From NCBI GenBank assembly GCA_040285745.1, contig JAUFOR010000005.1, positions 558,001 to 622,000 of the forward strand: DNA of 64,000 nt, read 5' to 3'. The first letter of the stretch is position 1; each line of letters opens with the position of its first letter. This document shows, in pieces, positions 41,901 through 51,836 of the stretch. Position numbers and translations under genes: made by a program. The notes under the pieces were generated by a model that was not told where the DNA came from, did no database searches, and was given only the letters and a program-made list of their open reading frames with translations. The DNA comes from Barthelona sp. PCE. Its lineage: Eukaryota.

Positions 41901-44293
41901 TTGACACTCTGTATGTTCTCCACTGCCGACTTTATGGGCAACCGCGCGATGTAATCCGTCCGCTGGAGCTCGAGGAGGCTACAGAGTCAAGCATCATCGT
42001 TTCAGCACTTCTTGATAGGAGTTCGTTACAGCTCCCTCTCTCGAAAAAAATGCAGCTAAAGGAGCTTGACGTCAAGGTTCTCCTCAGGATATACGACATA
42101 GAGGATGAGAACCCTCTGCTCATAGTGCTCTTGGACGTAATTGAGAAAGATTTTGATTCTTTCCTAATTCTAGTGAGTCTTTTATGCGACGCAGACACGA
42201 TGCCTTTCCTTTATTACGCGGTGCAGGCGTTCATCATGTGTAATGACGGGAGCACAGAGCACTGCAGAAGCCGCAAGGGCCTCATCAAAGCGTATATTAA
42301 CAAGTATGAGCAGGACGATGTGGCGCACTTGTATGACGTTCATTGGTATCTAGTACGACACCCAGCCGTGTTTGCGTCTGTGAGACACTATGCGTTGTAC
42401 ATCGAGGTATTGAGCACAACGGCATTCATAACTTTATTCATGGAATCAGAGCCGTCCATACAGTCAGCGCATTCCACGCTCGACAGGTACATGGGAACCA
42501 TCATGTGGCGCACCCAGAGCATCCGAATTCGCGTGTATGAAGAGACGTGCGCTGAGATCGAATCACACTTTGATGATCGTGACGAGGAGTTTATGAAACT
42601 ATGTGCTTTGGTTTTGAAAGATGCGTATCAACACGCGCTGGATAACGTCGACTCAGATTCGAGTTACAAGCGAGACATCATGCATCTGTCTAGATTCTTT
42701 GATGCTGACAAGTATGATCTGGGCCTAGAGGACCGAAGTGATTACATCGAGCTCAATGAGTCAATAGACTTGGGGAGCGATTTCACGACAGACTACTGTG
42801 ATAGCATAGCTTCGGTTGGCTCGTTCAGACAGGATAGTGCGTTTTTCAGCTACAACGATTCGGGATTTCTGTCATTCAGCGAAACAAAGACTCAGGTGGA
42901 CTCCAAGCCGGATTTACGCCCAGTGGACGACATTGGAGTGCTTCCTCTGCTCAGTTTTGTGCTGAAGCCACCATTTACAGCTACAGACGATCTTAAGAAG
43001 CTACAAAAAGGACTCTCAATTTCAGATTTTGTTAATAGCTTTTGTTCTGAGATGTATGCGTTGTTTGCTGCGTTCTACTCGGATTCACCCGATCAGAACT
43101 CAAGGATCAGGCAGGATGAGGAGTCTGGTGAAGTTGAAATTCAGTTTGCCGTCTACACACCCACAGAAGCAGATATGCTATCGGTTACGCTTGATAGTGA
43201 CGTTCGTATGGCGGTCATCAGCCGCTTTCTCAACGATTATGACCTGTCTGCGCTTCGTATTGGTGAGGTGGGTTTGTTAGCGCTAATGTTTAAGTTTGCC
43301 TTCTCAGTACACCAGTACGCATCCGATATCCAGACATCCGTGCTCAACAGGCTCAAGATGGCGACGATCGCGCATATTTCATCCAAGACTCAGACCGTAA
43401 TGGTAATTGGTGCGCTGAGTGTTGTGCCTGATCTGACACCTTTTGGTTTCGTCTTTGGCATGCTTGATTCGGTCAACAACCTAGAGAGCTTCTTGTGTCT
43501 GCACGAGGGGCACCCCTTCCTCAACGTGCTCATCAGTTATGTGAAGCAGTTTGCGGGTACAGATGACGAGCATCCTTTGTATCAAGCGCTAATTCAGAGC
43601 GTATCATTTGTTAATTTCTTCCAAGAGAAGGCATTGTTGCTCGAAGAACAGGCAGATCGCGTGTTCAATTCTATCCCAACGAATTTTAAGCGAGAGCATT
43701 TCCATCATCTCATACAATGTCTGGACAAGTACTACGATGCTGCAGTGCATTTCAGGCATGAGGAGGCGCATATTGGAGTGTCCCGTAGTTTGAGGAAGGC
43801 AGCACTGTGCCTGCTTCAGCTTCGTAATCCAACTCAAAAACTCATCAACATATCCGATAATGAAGTTTTCAACATAGCAATGGAACTGTCCTTCCGCGAC
43901 GCACACGTGCTGCTGAGCGGGTACAATATTGACCTTGATGTTGGTTTTGCAACGTTACTGTTCCAGAAGGTTGTGCTTGAGGGTAGTTTCGAATATGTTG
44001 ATTCGTATCTGTCTGTTTTTACCGATGTTACCCGTCCAGTGCTGACCATGATTACCGGGTACGTGCTTGATATCGCTGAATTCATGGATAGAGAAGTTTT
44101 TGAGAACTTTTTGATTTTCATCGACATTCTTGATGATATCACTATCGCTGGAGATTGCGAAAAAATGATGCCGTCGTTACCACAGTGGGCCAAAGAGAGG
44201 CTTACAGATACGCTAGAAGAGATACATGCGCGTTTTGATAAGAATCATGAGTTTATAGGTCTATCAAAGCTGGCTGGTTATCTGTCGTTTTAG
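38990..44293 (+). CDS. SPG11: Spatacsin-like protein (AP-5 accessory)
   Basis: N-terminal beta-rich region plus alpha-solenoid; C-terminal YYDAAVHF...AALCLLQL...LINIS...FRDAHVLLSGY...LFQKVVLEGSFEYV resembles the spatacsin C-terminal domain. Confidence 0.65.
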   Translation: MKGLAFKSQKLDYELPTTGKKIITFCETIACITETTVVIHDGNRSAIVQFTDVVEDAIFVLCDPPIDGDLFNSLVLVVLCSTGQLYFVILNDYVTKYNDSLINWFLNIEEDNLFKFEEESLSINETNMSLRVFTITTGLLSMIQLIAPHHANCFVFATLVQLETGVKLVFGKLFLRSTGLLPFRCSQLTVAQDFRMAVANNTVFVVSNNQLHVVPLVEHNSGKKVIDLPTGNYNSIVADVYGTYVYLTSANTVLRLLMSKTLKIAQNGLAEELPLPTNDDVVQSLSYIASAVDIPQVPLDGISQLPAHSYITGAAAQKPQKEWKTLFNVEPFDSLYCMLDGSFVLQGRYLSCYSSESAAPFVFGATPQLTLIQSMPFPHQNLSFFCFSDGYVYDVVTDVTVDQVLATMDTENVIEVLRFNDWDMQPFIDSVIRSAKVYGVVVLLDLLGCPNVTDEVVSLIVIELKKLFKVYKRSFVKGKVDKTLEQLLFSTELCRTLLSLRSEVTKDDVLDYLNKVSEMDYARNQESIQQFSVQKPDEEEQGTEYIRKLEQLNGFLEQIETLSVLQFPSSNLTELLKSLPEAQLLKGYQRLFRQYDVFSIDHSLFYTEIGIKRTQEIFFYMLLGFMFENQVDKARDLIKKTGFSSDFVHFIYLNTSLEAVRKVCLELIGDNDEFPPMVLKKDVVVLNNRLALKFYSESEPLLSEFTDQMSRVDVLYGLFHRGFLDSKELFAKLDDVVNVDTLRVLKYIQGESKSFTAAFQEYVTEKHGKESVRCKVIDSYLHPNAPSHWLRASTEFEELLVAFMTNSTYRNAPALYRIYLGDFSTSSQQVQFYVSHLFSAGQSSAVFDIQPYHYLLQFRPHAAFQVCNDFSELQLLELILEFEAHDDRTMYYFLCVLLMYRSLQLEDTDQRNITLFNHRIVLTCLLGRSFLSILDTSDYLAQLRELLSTVQHGELLSHEFLQYQPFYWHCVDTLYVLHCRLYGQPRDVIRPLELEEATESSIIVSALLDRSSLQLPLSKKMQLKELDVKVLLRIYDIEDENPLLIVLLDVIEKDFDSFLILVSLLCDADTMPFLYYAVQAFIMCNDGSTEHCRSRKGLIKAYINKYEQDDVAHLYDVHWYLVRHPAVFASVRHYALYIEVLSTTAFITLFMESEPSIQSAHSTLDRYMGTIMWRTQSIRIRVYEETCAEIESHFDDRDEEFMKLCALVLKDAYQHALDNVDSDSSYKRDIMHLSRFFDADKYDLGLEDRSDYIELNESIDLGSDFTTDYCDSIASVGSFRQDSAFFSYNDSGFLSFSETKTQVDSKPDLRPVDDIGVLPLLSFVLKPPFTATDDLKKLQKGLSISDFVNSFCSEMYALFAAFYSDSPDQNSRIRQDEESGEVEIQFAVYTPTEADMLSVTLDSDVRMAVISRFLNDYDLSALRIGEVGLLALMFKFAFSVHQYASDIQTSVLNRLKMATIAHISSKTQTVMVIGALSVVPDLTPFGFVFGMLDSVNNLESFLCLHEGHPFLNVLISYVKQFAGTDDEHPLYQALIQSVSFVNFFQEKALLLEEQADRVFNSIPTNFKREHFHHLIQCLDKYYDAAVHFRHEEAHIGVSRSLRKAALCLLQLRNPTQKLINISDNEVFNIAMELSFRDAHVLLSGYNIDLDVGFATLLFQKVVLEGSFEYVDSYLSVFTDVTRPVLTMITGYVLDIAEFMDREVFENFLIFIDILDDITIAGDCEKMMPSLPQWAKERLTDTLEEIHARFDKNHEFIGLSKLAGYLSF

Positions 44294-44343
44294 TAAAGTT
44301 AATAATAATCATTCAGTTATAATACTAATTTATTCTATGAACA

Positions 44344-45543
44344 CTATTGGTACACTGGAGCAATAGGCTGATACGCAGCTACCTGAGGCTGAGCAGCATA
44401 AGTAGTTGTGGGGGCCATTACTGGCTGAGGCTGAGGAACGTAAGTTGTCTGAACTGTAGGCTGCTGAATGATCTGAGGGGCAGCAGGATTGAGGGGGGCA
44501 ACCTCAGTGGTTTCATTGGATCTACGCTTCTTTGACTTACAGGTATTGATGAAGCACATGACAACAAGGAGACCAACGGCGCCATAGAGAAGGAACTTGC
44601 CCCAGTCTTTCGGTCTTGAGTTCTCCTGGAACTTGACCTCCATGGTTTGGGAGCCAGTATTCTCAACGAGGAATTGGACGTTCTCAAACTCGTTCATCAT
44701 TAGGTGACAGTACTTGCCAACTGGGCAGTCACGTAACATGGTTCCGGAACCCCTGTAGTTGCGAACCGATCCGCTGTACGAGGCATGTACAGTCATCTGG
44801 CTACGATAGATGACGGGATCGTTGAAGTAAACAGCGTAGTACTGGTAGATGTCTGATGAATCAGGAATATATGAGTAGGAGTTGTGGGTACCGGTAGTAT
44901 GATAGTTCCATGTGTAGTCCTTACCATCCTTGAACTGCTTGAAATCTGAGTAACCCTTGAACGCAAAGAAGTCAACGTCCTTGTCACAGTTCCAATCAAC
45001 GTTCATGGAAGAACCGGGGGGAAGAGTAAAACCATCAAATTCGAATTTTGAAGAGATGAGTCGATGGGTGGTTGTGAAATTGACGTTAAGCATTTGGCCC
45101 TGGATGACCTGGGGGTACATACGAACCTTGAGACCATATTCCGTTGTGGAGAAGGTAACAGACTCATAGTCAGCACCTTTAATGGTGCCACGATTGATGG
45201 GGAAGGGGAGCGTCTGTCCAGGTGCGAGGACGATATCAGGTGCGGTGTTTGTGGAACCAAAACCGACAATAGCTCCGACAATGATCAAGATAACCATGAT
45301 ACACATTGCAAAACAACAAAATCCAGCACAGGCATTCGATTCGTAAGCACCAAAGGGTGAGATGAAGCGAGGTCCGTACCAAGACCAACCGTAGCCGTGA
45401 CCGTAATGACGATGATAGTGATCGTGATGTCTATGATGATGATGTCTATGACGATGTCTGCGGGATACTCCGCCTCCGCCAAATGAAAAGCTGGAGCCAC
45501 CTGTGTGAACAGAACCTCTGAAACCACCACCTCTTGAGGGCAT
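44344..45543 (-). CDS. Two-TM membrane protein with His/Arg-rich N-terminus and a lumenal beta domain (APD1-4 middle-domain-like)
   Basis: RRHRHRHHHHRHHDHYHRH; TM at about aa 75-97 and 315-335; GFTLPPGSSMNVDW; Pro/Gln/Tyr tail. Confidence 0.6.
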   Translation of the reverse strand: MPSRGGGFRGSVHTGGSSFSFGGGGVSRRHRHRHHHHRHHDHYHRHYGHGYGWSWYGPRFISPFGAYESNACAGFCCFAMCIMVILIIVGAIVGFGSTNTAPDIVLAPGQTLPFPINRGTIKGADYESVTFSTTEYGLKVRMYPQVIQGQMLNVNFTTTHRLISSKFEFDGFTLPPGSSMNVDWNCDKDVDFFAFKGYSDFKQFKDGKDYTWNYHTTGTHNSYSYIPDSSDIYQYYAVYFNDPVIYRSQMTVHASYSGSVRNYRGSGTMLRDCPVGKYCHLMMNEFENVQFLVENTGSQTMEVKFQENSRPKDWGKFLLYGAVGLLVVMCFINTCKSKKRRSNETTEVAPLNPAAPQIIQQPTVQTTYVPQPQPVMAPTTTYAAQPQVAAYQPIAPVYQ

Positions 45544-45953
45544 AGTAAGAATGAGTAAGAAAAGCGATTACACGTATTTGAAGAGTTCTAGATGGTTGTA
45601 TCAGCTGTTTTGGGATTTGTGACAAGGGATCCACTGTTTATTGTCTTCAGTTCATGATGATGGAGAAGTTTGATAGAAAAAAAGTACTGTTTGTACGATA
45701 TGTGTTGTTTAGCGTTTACAAGGGAAATAAAAAGCTGCAATATTCCACACAGACCAACTTTATAACTTTAAATAGTAATAGGAAAAGTGAAACCTCAAAC
45801 ACTCCTCTTACACGTTTTATGCTGTTGGTTTATGGATGAATCATCACAAAACAGATAAAAACCTGCTTAAGGTAGATACAAAGTAACGGAATAAGGTGTT
45901 TTTCCGAATATAACGTTATTCAGCATATTTTTTTTGTGTGATATGGTAAACAC

Positions 45954-46367
45954 ATGAGCGGTGACGAAAAAACATCAGAAAATTTCATAAATGAAGTCTT
46001 AAGTCAACCAGACAGGACCAACCAATTTCTATCAGATCAGAAGGAAATTACTGAAGACTTACAGGAGATTTTGGAGGATTATGAGCGGATAAAGGAAATG
46101 AACAGCGGAAAATGCGTGTTTAAAGCTCCTTTAAAGGTTGGACAATCTAATTCCCCGTTGTTACAGCAAAAACACATTCAGAGTCCGAAGATTTTGAATT
46201 TCGACATGTTTCCTCCATACAAGCCGATCAATGTAAGTGTCGATAGCGAGAACTTTTCGTTTTCCAGCATCTCCTTCCCTACTAATCATAAATATGATTT
46301 TATTGTGAATTCCCCATCAAATAGCCCCAAGAACCCCGACCCACCAGTTTCATTCAACGATAATTAG
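45954..46367 (+). CDS. Hypothetical protein (137 aa)
   Basis: ATG-initiated ORF, low complexity. Confidence 0.45.
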   Translation: MSGDEKTSENFINEVLSQPDRTNQFLSDQKEITEDLQEILEDYERIKEMNSGKCVFKAPLKVGQSNSPLLQQKHIQSPKILNFDMFPPYKPINVSVDSENFSFSSISFPTNHKYDFIVNSPSNSPKNPDPPVSFNDN

Positions 46368-46521
46368 CAAGTTATTGTAAAATATTTAATTTTTATCATA
46401 TTTACTGGGTGCATTATGGATATTAAGGGGATATATGGAATTATATGAGCAGAAAAAGATCAGTTTTTCTTAAACATCGTATTTCAGAAAATTTCCTTAT
46501 TCACAGTGTATTTCATGTTGT

Positions 46522-47286
46522 ATGCTTCATGAACAGTACAAACTGCTAGCTGAGCAGCTTCGATTACTACATAAATCCGATATTTGGGGCTTCAGTGTCA
46601 ATTTAGAGCAAAATATTTTTGGGGCAAGTTATGATGCCTGTATTTCAATTTACAACTTCTTGCTACGGCAAGAACCGGTTGCCATGCCACTGAGCAAATG
46701 TATTGAATGTTATAATTCGTTCAGCAATGAAAAATTTACATGTCTTGAAAGGATTGCTGATGACTACAACATCACAATGAGCCGTGCTATCAATGTGCTC
46801 ATCAAAGGGTATCTGCTCACCACTCAACAAGGGTTCATATCAAAGGCTAGAGTACGAAGAATACGCAAAGACCCAACGGTTCTTGGTGATTCATTGTTAA
46901 AAAGACTGATAGAGGAGTTTAAAGAGAGAGAAGTGGAGACCAGCATACCTGCTTTGTACGGAGACAAATGTGAACGTGATCTCCAGAACTGTTTATCCAT
47001 CCAACAAATACTTTTTAAATCTGAAAAAAATCTTCATGGACAAATCAAGACACCTGATATTCTGTTGCTGGAAGACGTGTATTATGGGGGTGTGAAGATC
47101 AATTGGATTGATTCCAAAGCTGGATATGGTGTTCCCACACTTCTAGTTGAGAATACTCAATTTATTACGTACTACAACATGTACGGCACTGGACTTGTTG
47201 TCTACTACGCTGGATTCGTCGAGGATCTGGCCACTGATGAACGTTATGTAGTCGTCGATCATCTTCCACAATTTGAAAAATTTTAA
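46522..47286 (+). CDS. CDIN1: CDAN1-interacting nuclease / C15orf41 family (TPD domain, PD-(D/E)xK)
   Basis: KTPDILL, INWIDSKAGYG, QFITYYNMYGTGLVVYYAGF. Confidence 0.85.
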   Translation: MLHEQYKLLAEQLRLLHKSDIWGFSVNLEQNIFGASYDACISIYNFLLRQEPVAMPLSKCIECYNSFSNEKFTCLERIADDYNITMSRAINVLIKGYLLTTQQGFISKARVRRIRKDPTVLGDSLLKRLIEEFKEREVETSIPALYGDKCERDLQNCLSIQQILFKSEKNLHGQIKTPDILLLEDVYYGGVKINWIDSKAGYGVPTLLVENTQFITYYNMYGTGLVVYYAGFVEDLATDERYVVVDHLPQFEKF

Positions 47287-47289
47287 TCC

Positions 47290-47997
47290 TTATGTTTGAC
47301 GTGGTTGAAGTGCCCAGCAGTGGATTTCGCAGATATCCGGGCTCAAGCCACTCTGTGGGGAATCAAAAATGACTTCCAAGTTTGCTTTTTCAAACAAAGC
47401 TTCGAATTGTTCTTTTGTACGCATGACGCTGAAATCATCCAGGTCAGGCATGAGATCATCAGCAACGTTGTCCTTGACGATTATCAGACCCTCTTCTGAG
47501 AGATTTTCAGCCATTTTCTGTAATGTGGAAACAGCATCATGATCATTGAGATAAAGAAGAGTCCATTGTACCCACCAGCAATCGAATTCACCGTTTTCCT
47601 CGAAGGAGAAGTCCTGAATAAGGCAAGGATGAATAGTAATTTCAAAGGAGATGTCTTCCTTAGCTTTTTGTAAAAATTTTTCACATGGATCAACGAGATG
47701 GATTTCAGAAAACACTTGAGAGAGGACGTTCTTAGTGACACGTCCGATTCCTGCACCAACATCAACACAACGGTTGACAGGACGTCCATTCATAACTCTT
47801 TTAAGAAAATAAAGACTGAATTTAGATTCAACTTCGTGGATTTCGTCGAGGCCACCAAGCATACCAGTGTTGGAAGAGTCTTGAGAGAGCCAATATTGAA
47901 CCTGCTTCTTGTATCTGTTTCTCGAGTCAGTTTCGCTTGCCCATTCATTTGCAATGCTGTCTGAGGCCCTCTCGCTGTTTAAGTTGTCTGGGGACAT
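47290..47997 (-). CDS. NTMT1: Alpha-N-terminal protein methyltransferase
   Basis: YW...GMLGG, DVGAGIGRVTKNVL, WVQW, IIVKDN, DFSVMR. Confidence 0.92.
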   Translation of the reverse strand: MSPDNLNSERASDSIANEWASETDSRNRYKKQVQYWLSQDSSNTGMLGGLDEIHEVESKFSLYFLKRVMNGRPVNRCVDVGAGIGRVTKNVLSQVFSEIHLVDPCEKFLQKAKEDISFEITIHPCLIQDFSFEENGEFDCWWVQWTLLYLNDHDAVSTLQKMAENLSEEGLIIVKDNVADDLMPDLDDFSVMRTKEQFEALFEKANLEVIFDSPQSGLSPDICEIHCWALQPRQT

Positions 47998-48073
47998 TTT
48001 ATATGTGTGATAAGGATAAATAGATAAAATATAAGTTTTGTTGTATTTTATTTATCCATTTACATCATATTTT

Positions 48074-49147
48074 ATGATGTCAGGGCCCCCAGATCTCGAG
48101 ATCCACACCGATGCTAGCGAGGCGCAGCAGTCTATATCCTTATTTGAGTTAGCGGGATCTACAATTTCATCACCTCAACCTAATAAGCCGATCACACACA
48201 TGCAAGACACGAATGCGAAGGAAATCATGCACCTTAAGCAAGAGTTAAACACCATGTGGGAGACATTAGACACTGAAGGATTAGCTGGCGAGAGTTCCGA
48301 AATAATGATGCCTATCATGAAGCTTTTACGGTTACAGACGAACCTTATTGAGAAGCAAGACATACAAATTGTGAATTTAAGTCTGAACCAGTATGTAAGC
48401 GATGATTTGAATCAGATGTCACAACATATTGTTACATTAACAACAGATTTTGCAGAGTTAGAGGAAGAAAAGGACGTCATGCGTGATCTTTTGCTCGAGA
48501 ACCAGAAATTAAACCAATTAAGTAGAAAAGAAGTGTTGAGTTTGAGGAATAAGATTGAAATGTTACAATTAAAAGTGGATGAATCTGAAAGAATTAAAGA
48601 AAACTATACAAAGCTTAAGAACGATATAAAGGTCCTCAGTAACGATCATTCATTGCAAATGGATTTATTAAAGCAGGGAAATAGTAAGGCGCAATTAAAG
48701 ACGCAATGTGAGTTGGAAGAAGTGACTGCAAAGTACGAACAGAGCGTAAAGAAGGTGCAGAACCTTACGCAGGGTATCCAGAACATGAAGAGCGCATTAA
48801 TTAATAGAGACGCTGATATTGATCGCAACCTGCAGACGCTGACTAATCTGCAACAGTCGACAACAGAAGAACTACAACAATCAAAGGCTGTTTGCACCCG
48901 TCTTTTGGACGAGAACAAAGGTTTGAGGGAGCGAAACCGTGTTTTATTGGAAGAGTTGAAGAGTACATTACGAGATGTCACTCGTTACAAGAAAAATATT
49001 CTTGAAAAGGACAGGGCAGTCCACGGTATGCGCAGTGCATTGGATACCACCCTTCGTCTACTCAGTGAACCGACCCAGGATGGATTGAAGCGACTACAGG
49101 GTGTCATAATGGCGGGCATTGCAAGAACAGCGGATATGGTTGATTGA
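48074..49147 (+). CDS. Coiled-coil protein of unknown function
   Basis: Long heptad-rich ORF; first ATG at 48074. Confidence 0.65.
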   Translation: MMSGPPDLEIHTDASEAQQSISLFELAGSTISSPQPNKPITHMQDTNAKEIMHLKQELNTMWETLDTEGLAGESSEIMMPIMKLLRLQTNLIEKQDIQIVNLSLNQYVSDDLNQMSQHIVTLTTDFAELEEEKDVMRDLLLENQKLNQLSRKEVLSLRNKIEMLQLKVDESERIKENYTKLKNDIKVLSNDHSLQMDLLKQGNSKAQLKTQCELEEVTAKYEQSVKKVQNLTQGIQNMKSALINRDADIDRNLQTLTNLQQSTTEELQQSKAVCTRLLDENKGLRERNRVLLEELKSTLRDVTRYKKNILEKDRAVHGMRSALDTTLRLLSEPTQDGLKRLQGVIMAGIARTADMVD

Positions 49148-49771
49148 TTAATGTGTGTTGATGGGGTAGCGGACGAAATGCTTCTTAGAGTGTTTAATAG
49201 TGTCGTTAATTTTCTTTTTCTTTTCTATCTCAATAATTTCAGTTTCGTGTAAAAAGTGTTCCATTCTCTGTGATTGAATACGTGCTTCCTCTGCTTCAAA
49301 CAATTTCCTACGCTTCTCTTCAATTTGCATCTGAACGCGAATGTCTCGTATGTAATGGTCTTTTGCTTGGCGAGCTTCAAGCCGTGCTCGGTGTGTTTCC
49401 GGGGAGTTCATCGTGATTAGACTCAAAGTAGCCTCAATAAGATCATCTTCGCGGTGTGTGATTTTTCCTGGTGGGCTCGGTTTCTCACCATACTTTCGTT
49501 TGGGGGTGGCGATGGGCTGTATGTTTTTCTTCCTTGGAGACTTGAACATTGGTTCTTTGCGTTGCGGAGAAGGCTTTAATCTGGGAACATGTACTCCTCT
49601 CCGTGTTGGTGTCATTATACATGTCCTGCGCTCCTTTAAAGGTGTCGAGTGCTGTAATTGGTGTCTTGAAAATAGAATTGCCCGTCTTGGAGATGTTTTC
49701 AAAGATTGACGTACTCTTGGAGAGACAAGTACTGATCCTTCGACACGAATATCGGGTGTGCGGCGTGACAT
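49148..49771 (-). CDS. Basic hypothetical protein with multiple S/T-P-x-K/R motifs
   Basis: SPR, TPLK, TPTR, SPQR, TPKR; C-terminal coiled coil; first ATG at 49771. Confidence 0.55.
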   Translation of the reverse strand: MSRRTPDIRVEGSVLVSPRVRQSLKTSPRRAILFSRHQLQHSTPLKERRTCIMTPTRRGVHVPRLKPSPQRKEPMFKSPRKKNIQPIATPKRKYGEKPSPPGKITHREDDLIEATLSLITMNSPETHRARLEARQAKDHYIRDIRVQMQIEEKRRKLFEAEEARIQSQRMEHFLHETEIIEIEKKKKINDTIKHSKKHFVRYPINTH

Positions 49772-50043
49772 CTCAGCTGTTGCAAGAATCAAAAATCAAT
49801 TGAGTTGCAAGAAAGGGAAGATACAAGATAGCAATAAAGAAATGTGCTTCCTGCCTGTACGATATATTCATCTTGTTGATGTCATTACCAACAAGAATTA
49901 TACTCTGAAACGAGTAGGGAAAGTGAATAATGCGTTGTTTCTTGTATTTCCGATTATTTCGACTTTCAGACATAATCGTCTATCGTCACAATCTAACCGC
50001 TCTTTATTAACCGGTTCACACATTTATTTAATTTTTTCGGGCA

Positions 50044-50472
50044 ATGAAAAGAAAGAAGGCGTCTAAAACAAGAAAACAGTCATTTACACTGTTCCTATTT
50101 TGGATAATATTTTTAGCGGCGTACTTATACACGATGATATTGACACTATTGGATATGAAAGACCATGAACTTTATGAGGTGAATAAGTTACTGGGAATTC
50201 TTTACCTATTACTTGCATTTCCTCCATGCATATGTTTATTATTCGAAATCAAGGGATTTAGTTCAGTATTCTGTGTATTCTTTTTGTCTTTTAACACAAT
50301 ATCAGTTTTTGCAAGATTCTATTTTCTAGCTACTAGTTCTGTTCATCCTTTTGTATTCAAATTCTTTATCATTGAATTATACGCTCAGGTTGTGGGTACT
50401 TTTGCTGTTCGTCTTTCTAGAAATCCAAATTATGGTGTTAAACAATTCAAAAGAGTAAGGAAATATGTATAG
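50044..50472 (+). CDS. Small four-TM hypothetical protein
   Basis: Four hydrophobic segments; AGTAAA at 50485. Confidence 0.5.
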   Translation: MKRKKASKTRKQSFTLFLFWIIFLAAYLYTMILTLLDMKDHELYEVNKLLGILYLLLAFPPCICLLFEIKGFSSVFCVFFLSFNTISVFARFYFLATSSVHPFVFKFFIIELYAQVVGTFAVRLSRNPNYGVKQFKRVRKYV

Positions 50473-50496
50473 TATAACATTATTAGTAAATTATAC

Positions 50497-51735
50497 TTAG
50501 CGAGACAATGATTGGAACAGTGAATAATGTTCTTCTTCTTCATCTTCTTCATCTTTCGCTTGAATATTGTGCGCATTGAGCAGAGAAAAATCTAGTTTGT
50601 CATCTTTTTGTTCTGTTTTTACCTTTTCTGGAACTGATAAAGGTGCGTCTTCCGTCCGCATGAATGATTTTAACCAGGGGTTATCTATTAAACTGTCAAC
50701 AACTGTGAATAACCCGTCATTTTCTATTTCTTTCACATTATTCGGTTTTGGCTTTTCAGAGACATCAACTGTAGCTACATAGTCATTGGGGCGCGCTTTA
50801 CGGGGTAATAGAATGTCTTCCTCAGCGAACTCACTCAATTTTTTGTTCGTCTTAAACGTCTCATCTTCTTTTTTCTCCTTAAGAAGCTTGGACAGTTTCT
50901 TCTGACCCGTAATAACACTCTTTAGGCGTGATTCAGTCGCTTTTTTCCTCTTTTGTGTCTTCTTCTTAGGTTTCTTGGCTCCTTGTTGGCCATAAGATGG
51001 TACATAAAATTCCTTCCTTCTAATTGGTTTATGGTCATGCTCCATCAAACGAGCAGTCCCCTCCCCCTTAAACAGAATATCAGCTTCCCCCACATCTGCT
51101 GGCAAATGTGATTCACATATGATTGCATCATGGGGAATACGGTGCAGATCAGACTTGGGTTTGCTCATACTTTTAACCTTCGGTTTGCCAGAGTGTGCTC
51201 TATAACGCGGCTTGATGTCTGGCCCGTTGTGGGTCGTTGATACCTTTGCCTCAATGTTTAGATACTTGGGCTCAACGATATCGTCCTTTAGGACATCAAA
51301 TACAGCCTTTTTAAGATCTCTGCTGTCTTCTGTGTGCTTCTTGGACGCAAGGGCAAGGTTTTTGATGTGTCCAAGTCGTTCATTGGTGATGAGAGCTTGT
51401 GAGTTTGTGTTTTGGAAGGAATCCTTAGATACAGAAGAAATGGCGTCGAAATCATACACACCGTCTAGAAACGCGGTTAAAACTCGAAGGTCTTGCATCA
51501 TTGAGTTCATATCGTTCTTTAAAGCGGGAATTTGTTCTTCTATCGATTTCGAGTAAACATTGTGTCGAACGACATCTTGAAGTTTGTGCAACTCGATCTT
51601 TTCGAGGTGCCCGTTGGCCTCCAATGCTTGGATTCCATATATCATGGTTGCAATGACAACATTGTTCCAATCTTTTTCATTGAATCGTGAGAGATAGTTT
51701 CTCACAGCGCGGTTACAAAGTAAGGCCCCTTTCAT
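50497..51735 (-). CDS. Hypothetical protein (412 aa)
   Basis: Intact ORF; helical N-terminus (YLSRFNEKDWNNVVIATMIYGIQAL), Lys-rich C-half. Confidence 0.65.
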   Translation of the reverse strand: MKGALLCNRAVRNYLSRFNEKDWNNVVIATMIYGIQALEANGHLEKIELHKLQDVVRHNVYSKSIEEQIPALKNDMNSMMQDLRVLTAFLDGVYDFDAISSVSKDSFQNTNSQALITNERLGHIKNLALASKKHTEDSRDLKKAVFDVLKDDIVEPKYLNIEAKVSTTHNGPDIKPRYRAHSGKPKVKSMSKPKSDLHRIPHDAIICESHLPADVGEADILFKGEGTARLMEHDHKPIRRKEFYVPSYGQQGAKKPKKKTQKRKKATESRLKSVITGQKKLSKLLKEKKEDETFKTNKKLSEFAEEDILLPRKARPNDYVATVDVSEKPKPNNVKEIENDGLFTVVDSLIDNPWLKSFMRTEDAPLSVPEKVKTEQKDDKLDFSLLNAHNIQAKDEEDEEEEHYSLFQSLSR

Positions 51736-51836
51736 TATTATATTATGGTGGATTATGGTGTGAAAGTGAAATACAAGTCGTTTTGTCGTAAATACCTCTT
51801 TCTAAGCATCTTTCTGTTGTTTTTTATTATTTCACG

